A stretch of DNA of 63,761 bases from assembly GCA_900320325.1 (NCBI GenBank), contig ONRU01000003.1, positions 1 through 63,761 on the forward strand, written 5' to 3'. This document shows positions 38,958 to 49,258 of this stretch, piece after piece. The stretch comes from an uncultured Lachnospiraceae bacterium. Its GTDB lineage: Bacteria > Bacillota > Clostridia > Lachnospirales > Lachnospiraceae. Position 1 is the stretch's first letter. The number at the start of each line of letters is the position of its first letter. The position numbers were made by a program, and so were the translations under genes. The notes below the pieces were generated by a model that was not told the DNA's origin, made no database searches, and saw only the letters and a program-made list of their open reading frames with translations.

Positions 38958-39001
38958 AATACCCGGCATCCAGGGACATTCCCCCGATGCCGGGTATTTT
39001 T
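38958..39001 (+). terminator. Intrinsic terminator of rpsB-tsf
   Basis: AATACCCGGCATC...GATGCCGGGTATT plus T-tract. Confidence 0.85.
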
Positions 39002-39053
39002 GCGCGGCGATGGAAGTACAGTTACGGCCCTGCGGAAACCTGCCGGACAGGCA

Positions 39054-39082
39054 TTGCCGAAATTCCGGTTCGGATGTATTAT
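39054..39082 (+). promoter_or_regulatory. Candidate sigmaA promoter of mecA operon
   Basis: TTGCCG-N17-TATTAT. Confidence 0.6.
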
Positions 39083-39169
39083 GGTAAATACTATGAGGTA
39101 AATGCAATGATGCGGATACTATGCGTCATTTTCAGAGGGAAGCACCTGAGAAAAATATAAAGGAGTCGA

Positions 39170-39796
39170 ATGGTATTTAGAAGAATCAATGATACGACGA
39201 TCAACTGCATAATTACGGAAGAGGATCTGAATGAGCACGGGATCCATCTGGATGACCTGTTCGAACGCAAAAAGGAGGCGGTGGAGTTTATCCGCGGCGT
39301 CCTGGCGGAGGCGTCCCGGACGGAGAACTTCAATATCCAGAGCGAATATACTTCCATGAAGATCGCGGTCCTGCCGGACCATACCATATCCCTGACCATA
39401 TCCGAAGACCCGGCCCAGTCCAAAATGATCCGGGACGCCAAAGGCCTGATCGGGCAGGATGACCCGAAGGAAGCCGGAAACGGTACGGAGGAGGTCATGC
39501 AGATGCCGGAGTCCTTCCTGTATCTCTTTCCTTCCATGGACAGGGTGATCCGCTGCGCCCGCAGCGTCCTGACAGCCACAGAAGCGGATACCGCTCTGTA
39601 CCGGACACCTGCCGGAGAATATTTCCTGACTGTGGACCGGAATGCCGCGTCCGGCAGCGGCTTTGATCAGATGGTCCTGGGCATCAATGAATTCGGCCGC
39701 CTGCTGGCGACGGAACCCGCCAGGATCGCGGGCCTGATCGAGCACAGCGGCTGTATTATCCCGGAAAGAGCAGCTCTGCAGCTGCTGGCACTGTGA
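39170..39796 (+). CDS. mecA: ClpC adaptor protein MecA
   Basis: RINDTTINCIITEEDL N-terminus, F-x-x-x-D, LY...YFL, EFG and EH...I-I...A-L C-terminal pattern. Confidence 0.8.
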   Translation: MVFRRINDTTINCIITEEDLNEHGIHLDDLFERKKEAVEFIRGVLAEASRTENFNIQSEYTSMKIAVLPDHTISLTISEDPAQSKMIRDAKGLIGQDDPKEAGNGTEEVMQMPESFLYLFPSMDRVIRCARSVLTATEADTALYRTPAGEYFLTVDRNAASGSGFDQMVLGINEFGRLLATEPARIAGLIEHSGCIIPERAALQLLAL

Positions 39797-40524
39797 CCGG
39801 CCGGGAAGAGGGCATGCGCCTGAATCAGTATATCGCTTCCTGCGGCATTTGTTCCAGAAGGGAAGCGGACAGGCTGATCGAAGAGGTGCGTGTCTATGTA
39901 GACGGAATTCCTGCCATTCCCGGCATGCGGGTCACTGGACAGGAGCGGATCGAGGTCAACGGCAAACTGATCCGGGGCAGGCAGGAGACCACGGTAGTGG
40001 CCTGGTATAAACCGGTCGGGGTGACCTGTACGGAACGGGATCCCCATGCCGAGCGGACCATCCGGGACGCCTTTAAATATCCCATCCGCCTGACCTACGC
40101 GGGACGGCTGGACAAGGATTCCGAAGGCCTCCTGCTCATGACCGATGACGGAAAACTGATCGACGCCATGATGAAGGGGAGCAACGGCCATGAAAAGGAA
40201 TATGTGGTCCGGGTCCGCCGCAGGATCAGCGACGCCGACCTGTCCCGTATGTCCAAAGGCATCTGGCTGCCGGACCTGGAGGTGAAGACCAGGCCCTGCC
40301 GGATCGAGAGGCTGGGGGAGTATACCTTCCGCATCACACTGACCCAGGGACTGAACCGCCAGATCCGCCGCATGTGCAGGGCGGTGGGCCACGAGATCAA
40401 ATTCCTCAAACGGGTCCGGGTCCTCAATGTGACCCTGGGCTCCATGAAGCCCGGCGAACAGAGACCGGTGACCGGCCGGGAGAAAACAGAGCTTTATAAG
40501 GAAGCGGGCCTTCCCCTGCACTGA
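39793..40524 (+). CDS. RsuA/RluB/RluF-family rRNA pseudouridine synthase
   Basis: S4 domain RLNQYIA...CSRREAD, GRLDKDSEGLLL, EKEY, QGLNRQIRRM. Confidence 0.93.
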   Translation: MTGREEGMRLNQYIASCGICSRREADRLIEEVRVYVDGIPAIPGMRVTGQERIEVNGKLIRGRQETTVVAWYKPVGVTCTERDPHAERTIRDAFKYPIRLTYAGRLDKDSEGLLLMTDDGKLIDAMMKGSNGHEKEYVVRVRRRISDADLSRMSKGIWLPDLEVKTRPCRIERLGEYTFRITLTQGLNRQIRRMCRAVGHEIKFLKRVRVLNVTLGSMKPGEQRPVTGREKTELYKEAGLPLH

Positions 40525-40594
40525 GCCGGGAAGCGTCTGCGGATACAGCAGAAGCCGCGGACAGACGCGGCAGCGTAAAAAGAAAGGGATACCG

Positions 40595-42622
40595 ATGGCA
40601 GCCAATACGAAGGAAACCAAGCAGCCGAATCCGGAACAGAAGGACGGACTTGCCCGTCTCCGGGAACTGACAGACCTGCTCAACCGGGCTTCCCGGGCTT
40701 ACTATGCCCAGGATACGGAGATCATGTCCAACCTGGAGTATGACGCCCTGTACGACCAGCTGCAGGCGCTGGAAGAGGAGACAGGAATCGTTCTGGCGGA
40801 TTCCCCCACGGTCAACGTGGGCTATGCCTCCGTGGATGAGCTGCCCAAGGAAGCCCATGAGCGTCCCATGCTGTCCCTGGACAAGACCAAGGACCGGGAG
40901 GCCCTGCGGGACTGGCTGGGAGATCAGAAGGGCCTGCTTTCCTGGAAGCTGGACGGCCTGACGGTGGTCCTGACCTATCAGGACGGCCGTCTGGAAAAGG
41001 CAGTCACCCGGGGCAACGGCCAGGTAGGCGAGGTCATTACTCCCAACGCCAGAGTGTTCCGGAACCTGCCTGTTTCCATTCCTTTCCGGGGCAGGCTGAT
41101 CCTGCGCGGTGAGGCCATCATCCGTTACAGTGACTTTGACAGGATCAATGAGAAACTGGAAGAGGAGGCCGCCGCAAAAGGCATTCTGGCCGATGTGCGC
41201 TATAAGAATCCCCGCAACCTCTGCAGCGGATCCGTCCGCCAGCTCAACAACGAGATCACAGCGGCCAGAAATGTCCGCTTTTACGCCTTTTCCCTGGTAG
41301 AGGCGGGAGATACGGATTTTGCCAATTCCAGGCAGAAGCAGATGGAATTCCTGACCGGCCAGGGCTTTGAGACCGTGGAATACAGACCGGTGACCGCTTC
41401 CAACCTTCTGGAAGAGATCGATTATTTTGAGGACAGGATCCGGACCTATGATATCCCTTCGGACGGCCTGGTCCTTCTGATGGATGATATCGCCTACGGG
41501 GAATCCCTGGGCACCACTGCCAAATTCCCCCGCAGCGCCATCGCCTTCAAATGGGCGGATGAACAGCAGGAGACCACCCTTTCCTATATAGAATGGAGCG
41601 CCTCCCGGACCGGCCTGATCAATCCTGTGGCTGTGTTCGAACCGGTGGAGCTGGAAGGGACCACGGTCAAAAGGGCTTCGGTCCACAATGTGTCCATCGT
41701 AAAAGCCCTGCAGCTGGGCAAGGGGGACAGGATCAGGGTCTATAAGGCCAACATGATCATTCCCCAGATTTCCGAGAACCTGACAAGATCCGGCAGTATA
41801 GAAATTCCGGAGACCTGCCCCGTATGCGGCGGCAGGACCGAGATCCGCCGGGACAATGATACCGAGGCTTTATTCTGCCTGAATCCCGACTGCGCGGCCA
41901 AGAAGCTGAAGGCATTTTCCCTTTTTGTCAGCCGCAACGCCATGAATATTGAAGGCCTGTCGGAGATGACTCTGGAGAAATTCATCGCAGCCGGCTTTAT
42001 CCATGATTTCGCCGATATCTATCATCTGGACCGTTACCGGGAACAGATCGAGCAGATGGAAGGTTTCGGGAAGCGGTCCTACGAAAAACTGTCCGACAGC
42101 ATCGAGCGCTCCCGCCAGACCACCCTGGCCAGGGTGCTTTACGCCATCGGCATTCCCGGAGTCGGGGAAGCCAATGCCCGCGTGATCAGCGCCTATTTCC
42201 ACAATGACCTGCAGGCGGTCCTGGCCGCGTCGCCGGAAGAACTGGCAGAGATCGAAGGAATCGGTCCCGTTCTGGCCGGCGCCATCGCGGAAAGCCTGGC
42301 AGACCCCGCAGGCCGCGCCAATCTGGAAGCGCTGATGCGGGAGCTGTCGGCAGCGGCGCCCGAAGAAGATGAGACCCCTAAGATTTTCGAGGGCAAGACC
42401 TTTGTCATTACGGGCAAGGTCCACAGGTTCGACAACCGTGACGCCCTCAAGGAGTACATCATCAAACGGGGCGGCAAGGCGGCCGGCAGCGTCTCCGCCA
42501 GAACCGATTATCTGATCAACAACGACGTGAATTCCAATTCCGCCAAAAATAAAAAGGCCAGACAGCTGGGGATCCCCGTTCTTTCGGAGGAGGATTTCCT
42601 CAGGCTTGCCGGGGAAGACTGA
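40595..42622 (+). CDS. ligA: NAD-dependent DNA ligase
   Basis: PMLSL, KLDGL (adenylated Lys), RGE, AFKW, CPVC...C...C Zn finger, HhH repeats, BRCT. Confidence 0.97.
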   Translation: MAANTKETKQPNPEQKDGLARLRELTDLLNRASRAYYAQDTEIMSNLEYDALYDQLQALEEETGIVLADSPTVNVGYASVDELPKEAHERPMLSLDKTKDREALRDWLGDQKGLLSWKLDGLTVVLTYQDGRLEKAVTRGNGQVGEVITPNARVFRNLPVSIPFRGRLILRGEAIIRYSDFDRINEKLEEEAAAKGILADVRYKNPRNLCSGSVRQLNNEITAARNVRFYAFSLVEAGDTDFANSRQKQMEFLTGQGFETVEYRPVTASNLLEEIDYFEDRIRTYDIPSDGLVLLMDDIAYGESLGTTAKFPRSAIAFKWADEQQETTLSYIEWSASRTGLINPVAVFEPVELEGTTVKRASVHNVSIVKALQLGKGDRIRVYKANMIIPQISENLTRSGSIEIPETCPVCGGRTEIRRDNDTEALFCLNPDCAAKKLKAFSLFVSRNAMNIEGLSEMTLEKFIAAGFIHDFADIYHLDRYREQIEQMEGFGKRSYEKLSDSIERSRQTTLARVLYAIGIPGVGEANARVISAYFHNDLQAVLAASPEELAEIEGIGPVLAGAIAESLADPAGRANLEALMRELSAAAPEEDETPKIFEGKTFVITGKVHRFDNRDALKEYIIKRGGKAAGSVSARTDYLINNDVNSNSAKNKKARQLGIPVLSEEDFLRLAGED

Positions 42623-42623
42623 T

Positions 42624-42671
42624 CCGGACAGGGTCCTGCCAGACAGGGTCCGGGACCGGAAGGGGACCCGG
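42624..42671 (+). repeat. Degenerate tandem repeat, 3 x 15-17 bp
   Basis: ccggacagggtcctg/ccagacagggtccggga/ccggaaggggacccgg right after the ligA stop. Confidence 0.6.
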
Positions 42672-42703
42672 CCCGCAGGATGACAGGAAGGAGCAGAAAC
42701 ACC

Positions 42704-43639
42704 ATGCCCATTAATATTCAAAATGACCTCCCGGTCCGGGAAATACTGGAGCGGGAGAACCTTTTCATCGTTGACGAGAACAGAGCGACACATCAGGACA
42801 TCCGTCCTTTGGAGCTGTGTATCCTGAACCTGATGCCCAAAAAGGAGGATACGGAGCTGGAACTGCTCCGCATGCTGTCCAACTCCCCCCTGCAGACCAA
42901 CATCACCTTCATGCACATGTCATCCCACAACAGCCAGAATACTTCCTATTCCCATCTGCGCAAATTCTATTATACCTTTGAACAGATCAGGAACAGGAAG
43001 TTCGACGGCATGATCATCACCGGGGCCCCGGTGGAAAAGCTGGAATTTGAAGAGGTAGACTACTGGCCGGAGCTGTGTCAGATCATGGAATGGACCAGAT
43101 CCCATGTGACATCGACCTTCCATATCTGCTGGGGTGCCCAGGCAGGCATGTATTTCCACTACGGCCTGCAGAAACATATGCTGGACCATAAGCTGTCGGG
43201 CGTTTTCTCCCACAAAGTCCAGCACCGCAGGGAGCCCCTGGTCCGGGGCTTTGATGATTACTTCCTGACCCCCCACAGCCGCTACACGGAGGTCCGGGCG
43301 GAAGACATCCGGGCCTGTAAGGAGCTCAAGATCCTGGCGGAATCTGAGGAGGCGGGCGTCCTGCTCTGCATGTCTCTGGACGGCCGGCGGATCTTCATCT
43401 TCGGCCACGCGGAATACGACCGCAATACGCTGCGGGATGAATACTACAGGGACCTGAACAAGGGGATCAGACCGGAGATCCCGGTCAACTATTTCCCGGA
43501 CGACGATCCCAATAAAGTCCCCCTGCTGCAGTGGCGGGCGACCAGTCAGAATCTGTATTCCAACTGGCTCAATTACTATGTGTACCAGCTGACCCCTTAC
43601 AGGATCGAGGATATTTCCGAGAATCTGGAGCCCATGTAA
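42704..43639 (+). CDS. metA: MetA-family homoserine O-acyltransferase, probably acetyl-CoA-specific
   Basis: QDIRPL, LNLMPKK, ITGAPVE, ICWGAQA (catalytic Cys), PHSR, GHAEY, NWLNYYVYQ. Confidence 0.95.
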   Translation: MPINIQNDLPVREILERENLFIVDENRATHQDIRPLELCILNLMPKKEDTELELLRMLSNSPLQTNITFMHMSSHNSQNTSYSHLRKFYYTFEQIRNRKFDGMIITGAPVEKLEFEEVDYWPELCQIMEWTRSHVTSTFHICWGAQAGMYFHYGLQKHMLDHKLSGVFSHKVQHRREPLVRGFDDYFLTPHSRYTEVRAEDIRACKELKILAESEEAGVLLCMSLDGRRIFIFGHAEYDRNTLRDEYYRDLNKGIRPEIPVNYFPDDDPNKVPLLQWRATSQNLYSNWLNYYVYQLTPYRIEDISENLEPM

Positions 43640-43684
43640 TTCCCGGATATAAATTCGGATACAATCAATGGAAAAGGAATTTCT

Positions 43685-45484
43685 ATGGCATTTGACGGAA
43701 TCGCGGCCGCCTGTCTGACCCGAGAACTTTCGGATCTGCTGACAGGCGGCAGAATTTACAAAATCGCGCAGACGGACAGAAATGAACTGGTCCTGACCAT
43801 CCGGCCCATGGCGGAAAAGGGCGGCGGCCAGGTCAGGGTCTATATGTCGGCTGACCCTTCTCTCCCCCTGTGCTATATAACGGAACAGAACAGACAGGCG
43901 CCCCTGCAGGCGCCTTCTTTCTGCATGCTGCTGCGCAAGCATCTGCAGAACGGCAGGATCATCTCCATCCGTCAGCCCGGCCTGGAGCGGATCCTGCGCT
44001 TTGAGATCGAGCATCTCAATGAAATGGGCGACCTCTGCCGCCATACCCTGGTCATGGAGATCATGGGCAAACACTCCAATATCATCTTCCTGGACAGTGA
44101 TGAGAAGATCGTGGACAGCATCAAGCATGTATCCGCCATGGTCAGCTCGGTCCGGGAGGTCCTGCCCGGCAGGGACTATTTTGTGCCCTCCACCCAGGGC
44201 AAGCGCGATCCTCTGTCTGAGACCCCGGAAGCCTTTATGGAGACCCTGCAGGGCAGCAGCTTTGATCCGGCCCTTCTGCTGATGAAGACCTATACCGGCA
44301 TTTCCCGCCAGGCGGCTGAGGAGATCTGCGCCCGGGCCCAGCTGGACCATGACCGGTCCGCTTCCGCTCTGACCGGGGAGGAACGGCAGGTCCTGTGGGC
44401 TGTATTCGCCGCCCTGATGGAGGAGATCCGCCGGGGCAGCTTCCATCCGGCCATTTATTATAAACAGAACGCCGGAACGGAGATCCCTGCTGACTTTTCG
44501 GCCATGACCATGACCATGTACGGGGATTACACGGCGCGTCCCTACAGTTCCTTCAGCCGCCTGCTGGAGGACTTCTACGCCCGTAAGAACGAAGTGACCC
44601 GGATCCGCCAGAAATCGGCCGACCTGCGCCATATCGTCCAGACCATCCTGGAACGGGACGTCCATAAATATGATCTGCAGCAGAAGCAGATCCGGGATAC
44701 GGAGAAGAAGGACAAATACCGGATCTATGGAGAGCTGCTCAATACATACGGCTATGAGATCCCGGAGGGCGCTTCTTCCTGCGAACTGGACAATTACTAT
44801 ACAGGCGGCAGGACGAAGATCAGCCTGGATCCCCGTCTGACCCCTCAGCAGAACGCCAAAAAATACTTTGACAGATATACCAAGCTGAAACGGACCTATG
44901 AGGCCCTCTCGAAACTGACGGTGGAAGTCAGGGCCGAGATCGATCATCTGGAGTCTATCCGGACTGCCCTGGAGCTGTCCACCTCGGAGGGCGACCTGGC
45001 CCTGATCCGGCGGGAGCTGGAGGAAGCGGGCTTTGTCAAAAAACACAATACCGGCAAAAAGGGCAGGAGCCGGACCCCGGTCAGCAGGCCCCTGCATTAT
45101 ATCAGCAGCGACGGCTATGACCTCTACGTGGGCAAGAACAACCTGCAGAATGAGGAAGTGACCTTCAGGATCGGTGCCCCTTCCGATATCTGGTTCCATG
45201 CCAATGACATGCCCGGCTCCCATGTGATCCTGAAGAGCCGGGGACAGAAAATGGACGACATTCCGGACCGGGCTTTTGAGGAAGCGGCGGCCCTGGCCGC
45301 CTATTATTCCAGCGGCCGGGAACAGGAAAAGGTGGAGATCGATTACCTGGAACGCCGCAATGTCAGAAAGCCCGGCGGCGGCAGGCCCGGCTTTGTGGTC
45401 TATTACACCAACTATTCGATCCTGGCCGGTACGGATATCTCCATGCTGCGCCTGGCCGATGAGAAGCCGGGCGGCAGATCCTGA
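43685..45484 (+). CDS. rqcH: Ribosome quality control protein RqcH (FbpA/NFACT)
   Basis: MAFDG, ERI, EIMGKHSNII, VGKNNLQNE, WFHA-x-x-x-PGSHV, PGFVVY. Confidence 0.93.
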   Translation: MAFDGIAAACLTRELSDLLTGGRIYKIAQTDRNELVLTIRPMAEKGGGQVRVYMSADPSLPLCYITEQNRQAPLQAPSFCMLLRKHLQNGRIISIRQPGLERILRFEIEHLNEMGDLCRHTLVMEIMGKHSNIIFLDSDEKIVDSIKHVSAMVSSVREVLPGRDYFVPSTQGKRDPLSETPEAFMETLQGSSFDPALLLMKTYTGISRQAAEEICARAQLDHDRSASALTGEERQVLWAVFAALMEEIRRGSFHPAIYYKQNAGTEIPADFSAMTMTMYGDYTARPYSSFSRLLEDFYARKNEVTRIRQKSADLRHIVQTILERDVHKYDLQQKQIRDTEKKDKYRIYGELLNTYGYEIPEGASSCELDNYYTGGRTKISLDPRLTPQQNAKKYFDRYTKLKRTYEALSKLTVEVRAEIDHLESIRTALELSTSEGDLALIRRELEEAGFVKKHNTGKKGRSRTPVSRPLHYISSDGYDLYVGKNNLQNEEVTFRIGAPSDIWFHANDMPGSHVILKSRGQKMDDIPDRAFEEAAALAAYYSSGREQEKVEIDYLERRNVRKPGGGRPGFVVYYTNYSILAGTDISMLRLADEKPGGRS

Positions 45485-45528
45485 CAGATACAGCCCGGAT
45501 ATAAATGGTCCTGACCTGCATTTGTTCC

Positions 45529-45557
45529 TTGACGGAAAACAGGGGGACAGATATAAT
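45529..45557 (+). promoter_or_regulatory. sigmaA promoter of yicC-remA-gmk-rpoZ-rimO
   Basis: TTGACG-N17-TATAAT. Confidence 0.8.
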
Positions 45558-45623
45558 GAAATTTGCGTTATTGGATATTCAGGGGATAACTATGCCCTTT
45601 TGACACTGAAAAGGAGCAGTCTG

Positions 45624-46502
45624 ATGATCAAGAGTATGACCGGTTACGGCAGGGCCGAGGTCAGTGATGAGAATTACAGAGTCACGGTGGAAATGAAATC
45701 CGTCAATAACCGCTATCTGGACATCGGGATCAAGATGCCCAGACAGCTGAGCCAGCTGGAAGCCAGGATCCGCAAGGAGCTTAAGCAGTTCATCCAGCGC
45801 GGCAAGGTAGATGTCTTTATCACGCTGGAAGACCTGACCCAGGCCAATGTCTCTATCAAATACAACGGCAGGATCGCCGCTGAGTATCTGCGTTATCTGC
45901 GGCAGATGTCCGAGGAGCTGGGAATCGAGAATGATATCCGGGTCTCCCACCTGTCCCGCTTTCCTGATGTGTTCGAACTGGAGGAGGAAGCGGCCAATGT
46001 GGAACTGATCTGGCAGCCTCTGCGGAAAGCCCTGACAGAGGCGTCGGAGAACTTTGTCCATGCCAGGATCCGGGAGGGCGAGTTCCTGTATAAGGACCTG
46101 ACCGCCAAACTGGATGAAATGACTGCCGATGTGGAATTCATTACGGAACGGTCTCCCGTCATTGTGGCCGACTACCGCCGCAGGCTGGAGGACAAGGTCC
46201 GGGAGCTCCTGGAAGAGTCCACCCTGGATGATGGCAGGATCGTTCAGGAAGTCACCATCTATGCCGATAAAGTCAGCGTGGATGAGGAACTGGTCCGTCT
46301 GCGCAGCCATATCGAAGCCACCCGCAAGGCCCTGGAGGGCAATGAGGGCATCGGAAGAAAACTGGATTTCATCGCCCAGGAAATGAACCGGGAGTCCAAT
46401 ACCATCCTGTCCAAATCCGGAGATCTGGATATCTCCGACCGGGCCATCAATCTGAAGACCACTGTTGAGAAGGTAAGAGAGCAGATCCAGAACATCGAAT
46501 AA
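45624..46502 (+). CDS. yicC: YicC/YloC family endoribonuclease
   Basis: SMTGYG, KSVNNRYLD, RGKV, GRKLDFIAQEMNRESNTILSK, REQIQNIE. Confidence 0.95.
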   Translation: MIKSMTGYGRAEVSDENYRVTVEMKSVNNRYLDIGIKMPRQLSQLEARIRKELKQFIQRGKVDVFITLEDLTQANVSIKYNGRIAAEYLRYLRQMSEELGIENDIRVSHLSRFPDVFELEEEAANVELIWQPLRKALTEASENFVHARIREGEFLYKDLTAKLDEMTADVEFITERSPVIVADYRRRLEDKVRELLEESTLDDGRIVQEVTIYADKVSVDEELVRLRSHIEATRKALEGNEGIGRKLDFIAQEMNRESNTILSKSGDLDISDRAINLKTTVEKVREQIQNIE

Positions 46503-46503
46503 T

Positions 46504-46767
46504 ATGGGAATTAAGCTGATTCATATCGGCTTTGGCAATATCGTCAACGCGGAGAAGATCATCGCGGTCGTCAGTCCCGATTCGGCGCCGGTCAAGCGCC
46601 TGGTCGCCAGGGCCAGAGAGGACGGCCGGACCATCGACGCCACCCAGGGACGCAGGACCAAAGCTGTGATCGTAATGGAAAATGACCGTATCGTCCTGTC
46701 AGCCCTGCTGCCGGAGACCATACGGGGAAGGGCAGAGGGTGACTATGACCAGTCAGAAACAGAATGA
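46504..46767 (+). CDS. remA: RemA/DUF370 family regulator
   Basis: IGFGNIV, SPDSAPVKR, IDATQGRRT, LSALLPETI; context yloC-X-gmk. Confidence 0.92.
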   Translation: MGIKLIHIGFGNIVNAEKIIAVVSPDSAPVKRLVARAREDGRTIDATQGRRTKAVIVMENDRIVLSALLPETIRGRAEGDYDQSETE

Positions 46768-47404
46768 TCCCAGGATCGTTATCATTTCCGGCTATTCCGG
46801 CTGCGGCAAGGGAACCGTCATCAGCAGGCTGATGGAGAAATACGGAAATTACGCTTTTTCCGTTTCCATGACCACCCGGGATCCCCGGGATAATGAGATC
46901 GACGGGGTCCACTATCATTTTGTGACCAACGAGCGTTTTGAAAAGATGATCTCCGAGGCCGGTTTTCTGGAATATGCCGGCTATACGGACAATTACTACG
47001 GCACGCCGTCAGCCTTTGTACATGAGAACCTGGCGGCCGGCCGGGACGTCCTGCTGGACATTGAAGTCCAGGGCGCCATGCAGATCCGGGAAAAAATACC
47101 GGAAGCCATCCTGATCTTTGTTTCCACCCCTACGGCGGCGGAGCTGGAGAACAGGCTGGTCAGCCGGGGGACCGAGACCCCGGCCAGGGTCTCCAAACGT
47201 CTGAAACGGGCCGTGGAGGAGTCCACAGAGATCTGGCGTTATGACCATTTTGTGATCAACGATACGGTGGAGGAAGCGGCGGACATGATCAACGGGATCA
47301 TCCGCGAAGGCGCCGCGGCGCCCCTGCCTTCCCGGGAATTTATGGAAACATTTACAAAGGAACTGATCGAGATCAACGAAAGAAGAGAAAGGGAAGGTAA
47401 ATAA
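46745..47404 (+). CDS. gmk: Guanylate kinase
   Basis: SGYSGCGKGT, SMTTR-x-PR-x-x-E-x-DG-x-x-Y-x-F, YYGTP, DIEVQG. Confidence 0.95.
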   Translation: MTSQKQNDPRIVIISGYSGCGKGTVISRLMEKYGNYAFSVSMTTRDPRDNEIDGVHYHFVTNERFEKMISEAGFLEYAGYTDNYYGTPSAFVHENLAAGRDVLLDIEVQGAMQIREKIPEAILIFVSTPTAAELENRLVSRGTETPARVSKRLKRAVEESTEIWRYDHFVINDTVEEAADMINGIIREGAAAPLPSREFMETFTKELIEINERREREGK

Positions 47405-47779
47405 ATGATTCATCCTTCATATGTAGACCTGATGGAAGTTGTTAATAAGGGCGTGGAAGAGGGCGAGACCCCCGTTATCAACAGCCGTTATTCGATCGTG
47501 ATGGCCACTGCCAAAAGAGCCAGACAGATCGTCAATGGCGATGAGCCCATGGTCGAGACCGATCCTGCCGAGAAGCCCCTTTCCATCGCGGTCAGGGAGC
47601 TGAACGAAGGCCAGATCAGCATTCTGGCGGAAGGTGAAATGCCTGAGGAAGAAGAGGAAGCGGTATTTATGGAAGACGCCGCGGACGAGAAACTGACCGA
47701 TATCCTGGACGAGGATGAGGCGGAAGAAATCGAAGACGAGGCGGAAGAATTCGAGGAAGCCGGAGACGAGGTAGAATAA
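47405..47779 (+). CDS. rpoZ: RNA polymerase omega subunit with acidic C-terminal tail
   Basis: SRYSIVMATAKRARQI, KPLSIAVREL; follows gmk. Confidence 0.93.
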   Translation: MIHPSYVDLMEVVNKGVEEGETPVINSRYSIVMATAKRARQIVNGDEPMVETDPAEKPLSIAVRELNEGQISILAEGEMPEEEEEAVFMEDAADEKLTDILDEDEAEEIEDEAEEFEEAGDEVE

Positions 47780-47789
47780 ATCATCGTAT

Positions 47790-49121
47790 ATGAAAATATT
47801 ATTTGTATCATTAGGCTGTGACAAGAATCTGGTGGATACAGAGGAGATGCTGGCAGGCCTGGCGGAACACGGCTACACCTTTACGGATGATGAAGAAGAG
47901 GCGGAGATCGTCATTATCAATACCTGCTGCTTCATCAATGACGCCAAGAAGGAGAGCATAGACGCCATCCTGGAAATGGCGGACCGGAAGACGTCGGGCC
48001 AGCTCAAAGCCCTGATTGTAGCCGGCTGTCTGGGCCAGCGCTACAAAGAGGAGATCATAAAAGAGATTCCTGAGGTGGATGCCGTGATCGGCACAACGGC
48101 CCAGGAGGAGCTGATCCCCGTACTGGATCAGGTCCTGGGACAGGTGCCCGAGCGGAAAAAGATCTGCCTGCAGCCTCTGGACGGCATGCCCGCGGCGAAT
48201 GCCGGACGCATCCTGACCACAGGCGGCTATTACGGCTACCTGCGGATCGCGGAGGGATGCGACAAATGCTGTACCTATTGTGTGATCCCCAGTGTACGGG
48301 GCCCCTTCCGGAGCGTGCCCATGGAGACCCTGGTCCGCCAGGCAGAAGACCTGGCCGGCAAAGGCGTCCGTGAGCTGATCCTGGTAGCCCAGGAAACGAC
48401 CCTGTACGGCGTCGACCTTTACGGAGAGAAAAAGCTGCCGGAGCTGCTGCGCAGGCTGGCAGGAATCGAAGGCATCGAATGGATCCGGATCCTCTATGCC
48501 TATCCGGAGGAGATCACACCGGAGCTGGTCAAAGTCATCAAAGAAGAGCCCAAGGTCCTTCATTATCTGGACATGCCCATACAGCATGCTTCCGATCCCG
48601 TCTTAAAGAGGATGGGACGCAGGACCAATCGGAAGGAACTGGAGGAGATCGTTGCCTTTATCCGGCAGGAGATCCCCGACATGTGCCTGCGTACGACCCT
48701 GATCACCGGTTTCCCGGGCGAACTGGAAAAGGACCACCAGGAACTGGTCGCCTTTGTAAAGAAGATGCAGTTCGACCGCCTGGGCGTGTTCACCTATTCC
48801 AAAGAGGAAGGGACGCCTGCCGCGCGGCTGCGGCCCCAGGTACCGGCCCCGGTCAAACGCAAACGGCAGAAGGAGCTGATGCTGGTTCAGCAGCAGATCG
48901 CCTTCCGGCAGGCGCGTAAAATGAAGGGCAGGGTGCTCACTGCCATGGTCGAGGGTAAACTTGTGGGAGAGGATGTATATACAGCCCGCACCTACAAGGA
49001 CGCGCCCGGTGTGGACGGACTTCTCTTTATTGAGACCCGTAAGGAACTGATGACGGGAGATTTCATCCGGGTCAAAGTGACCGGCTCCCAGGAATATGAC
49101 CTGATCGGAAAACCGGTCTGA
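47790..49121 (+). CDS. rimO: Ribosomal protein S12 methylthiotransferase RimO
   Basis: SLGCDKNLVD, NTCCFI, EGCDKCCTYC, LRTTLITGFPGE, TRAM DAPGVDG. Confidence 0.95.
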   Translation: MKILFVSLGCDKNLVDTEEMLAGLAEHGYTFTDDEEEAEIVIINTCCFINDAKKESIDAILEMADRKTSGQLKALIVAGCLGQRYKEEIIKEIPEVDAVIGTTAQEELIPVLDQVLGQVPERKKICLQPLDGMPAANAGRILTTGGYYGYLRIAEGCDKCCTYCVIPSVRGPFRSVPMETLVRQAEDLAGKGVRELILVAQETTLYGVDLYGEKKLPELLRRLAGIEGIEWIRILYAYPEEITPELVKVIKEEPKVLHYLDMPIQHASDPVLKRMGRRTNRKELEEIVAFIRQEIPDMCLRTTLITGFPGELEKDHQELVAFVKKMQFDRLGVFTYSKEEGTPAARLRPQVPAPVKRKRQKELMLVQQQIAFRQARKMKGRVLTAMVEGKLVGEDVYTARTYKDAPGVDGLLFIETRKELMTGDFIRVKVTGSQEYDLIGKPV

Positions 49122-49258
49122 ACCGCCGGATCCGTGATTTCCGCTAAGAAAGTGGAAAACAGCAGTAAATCTGCTATAATAAGTGTGCTTACCATCCGCC
49201 GGGCCGGAAGAGAGAATCCGCTGTGCGGACGGACGCTTTTATTAAAGGAGGAAATATA

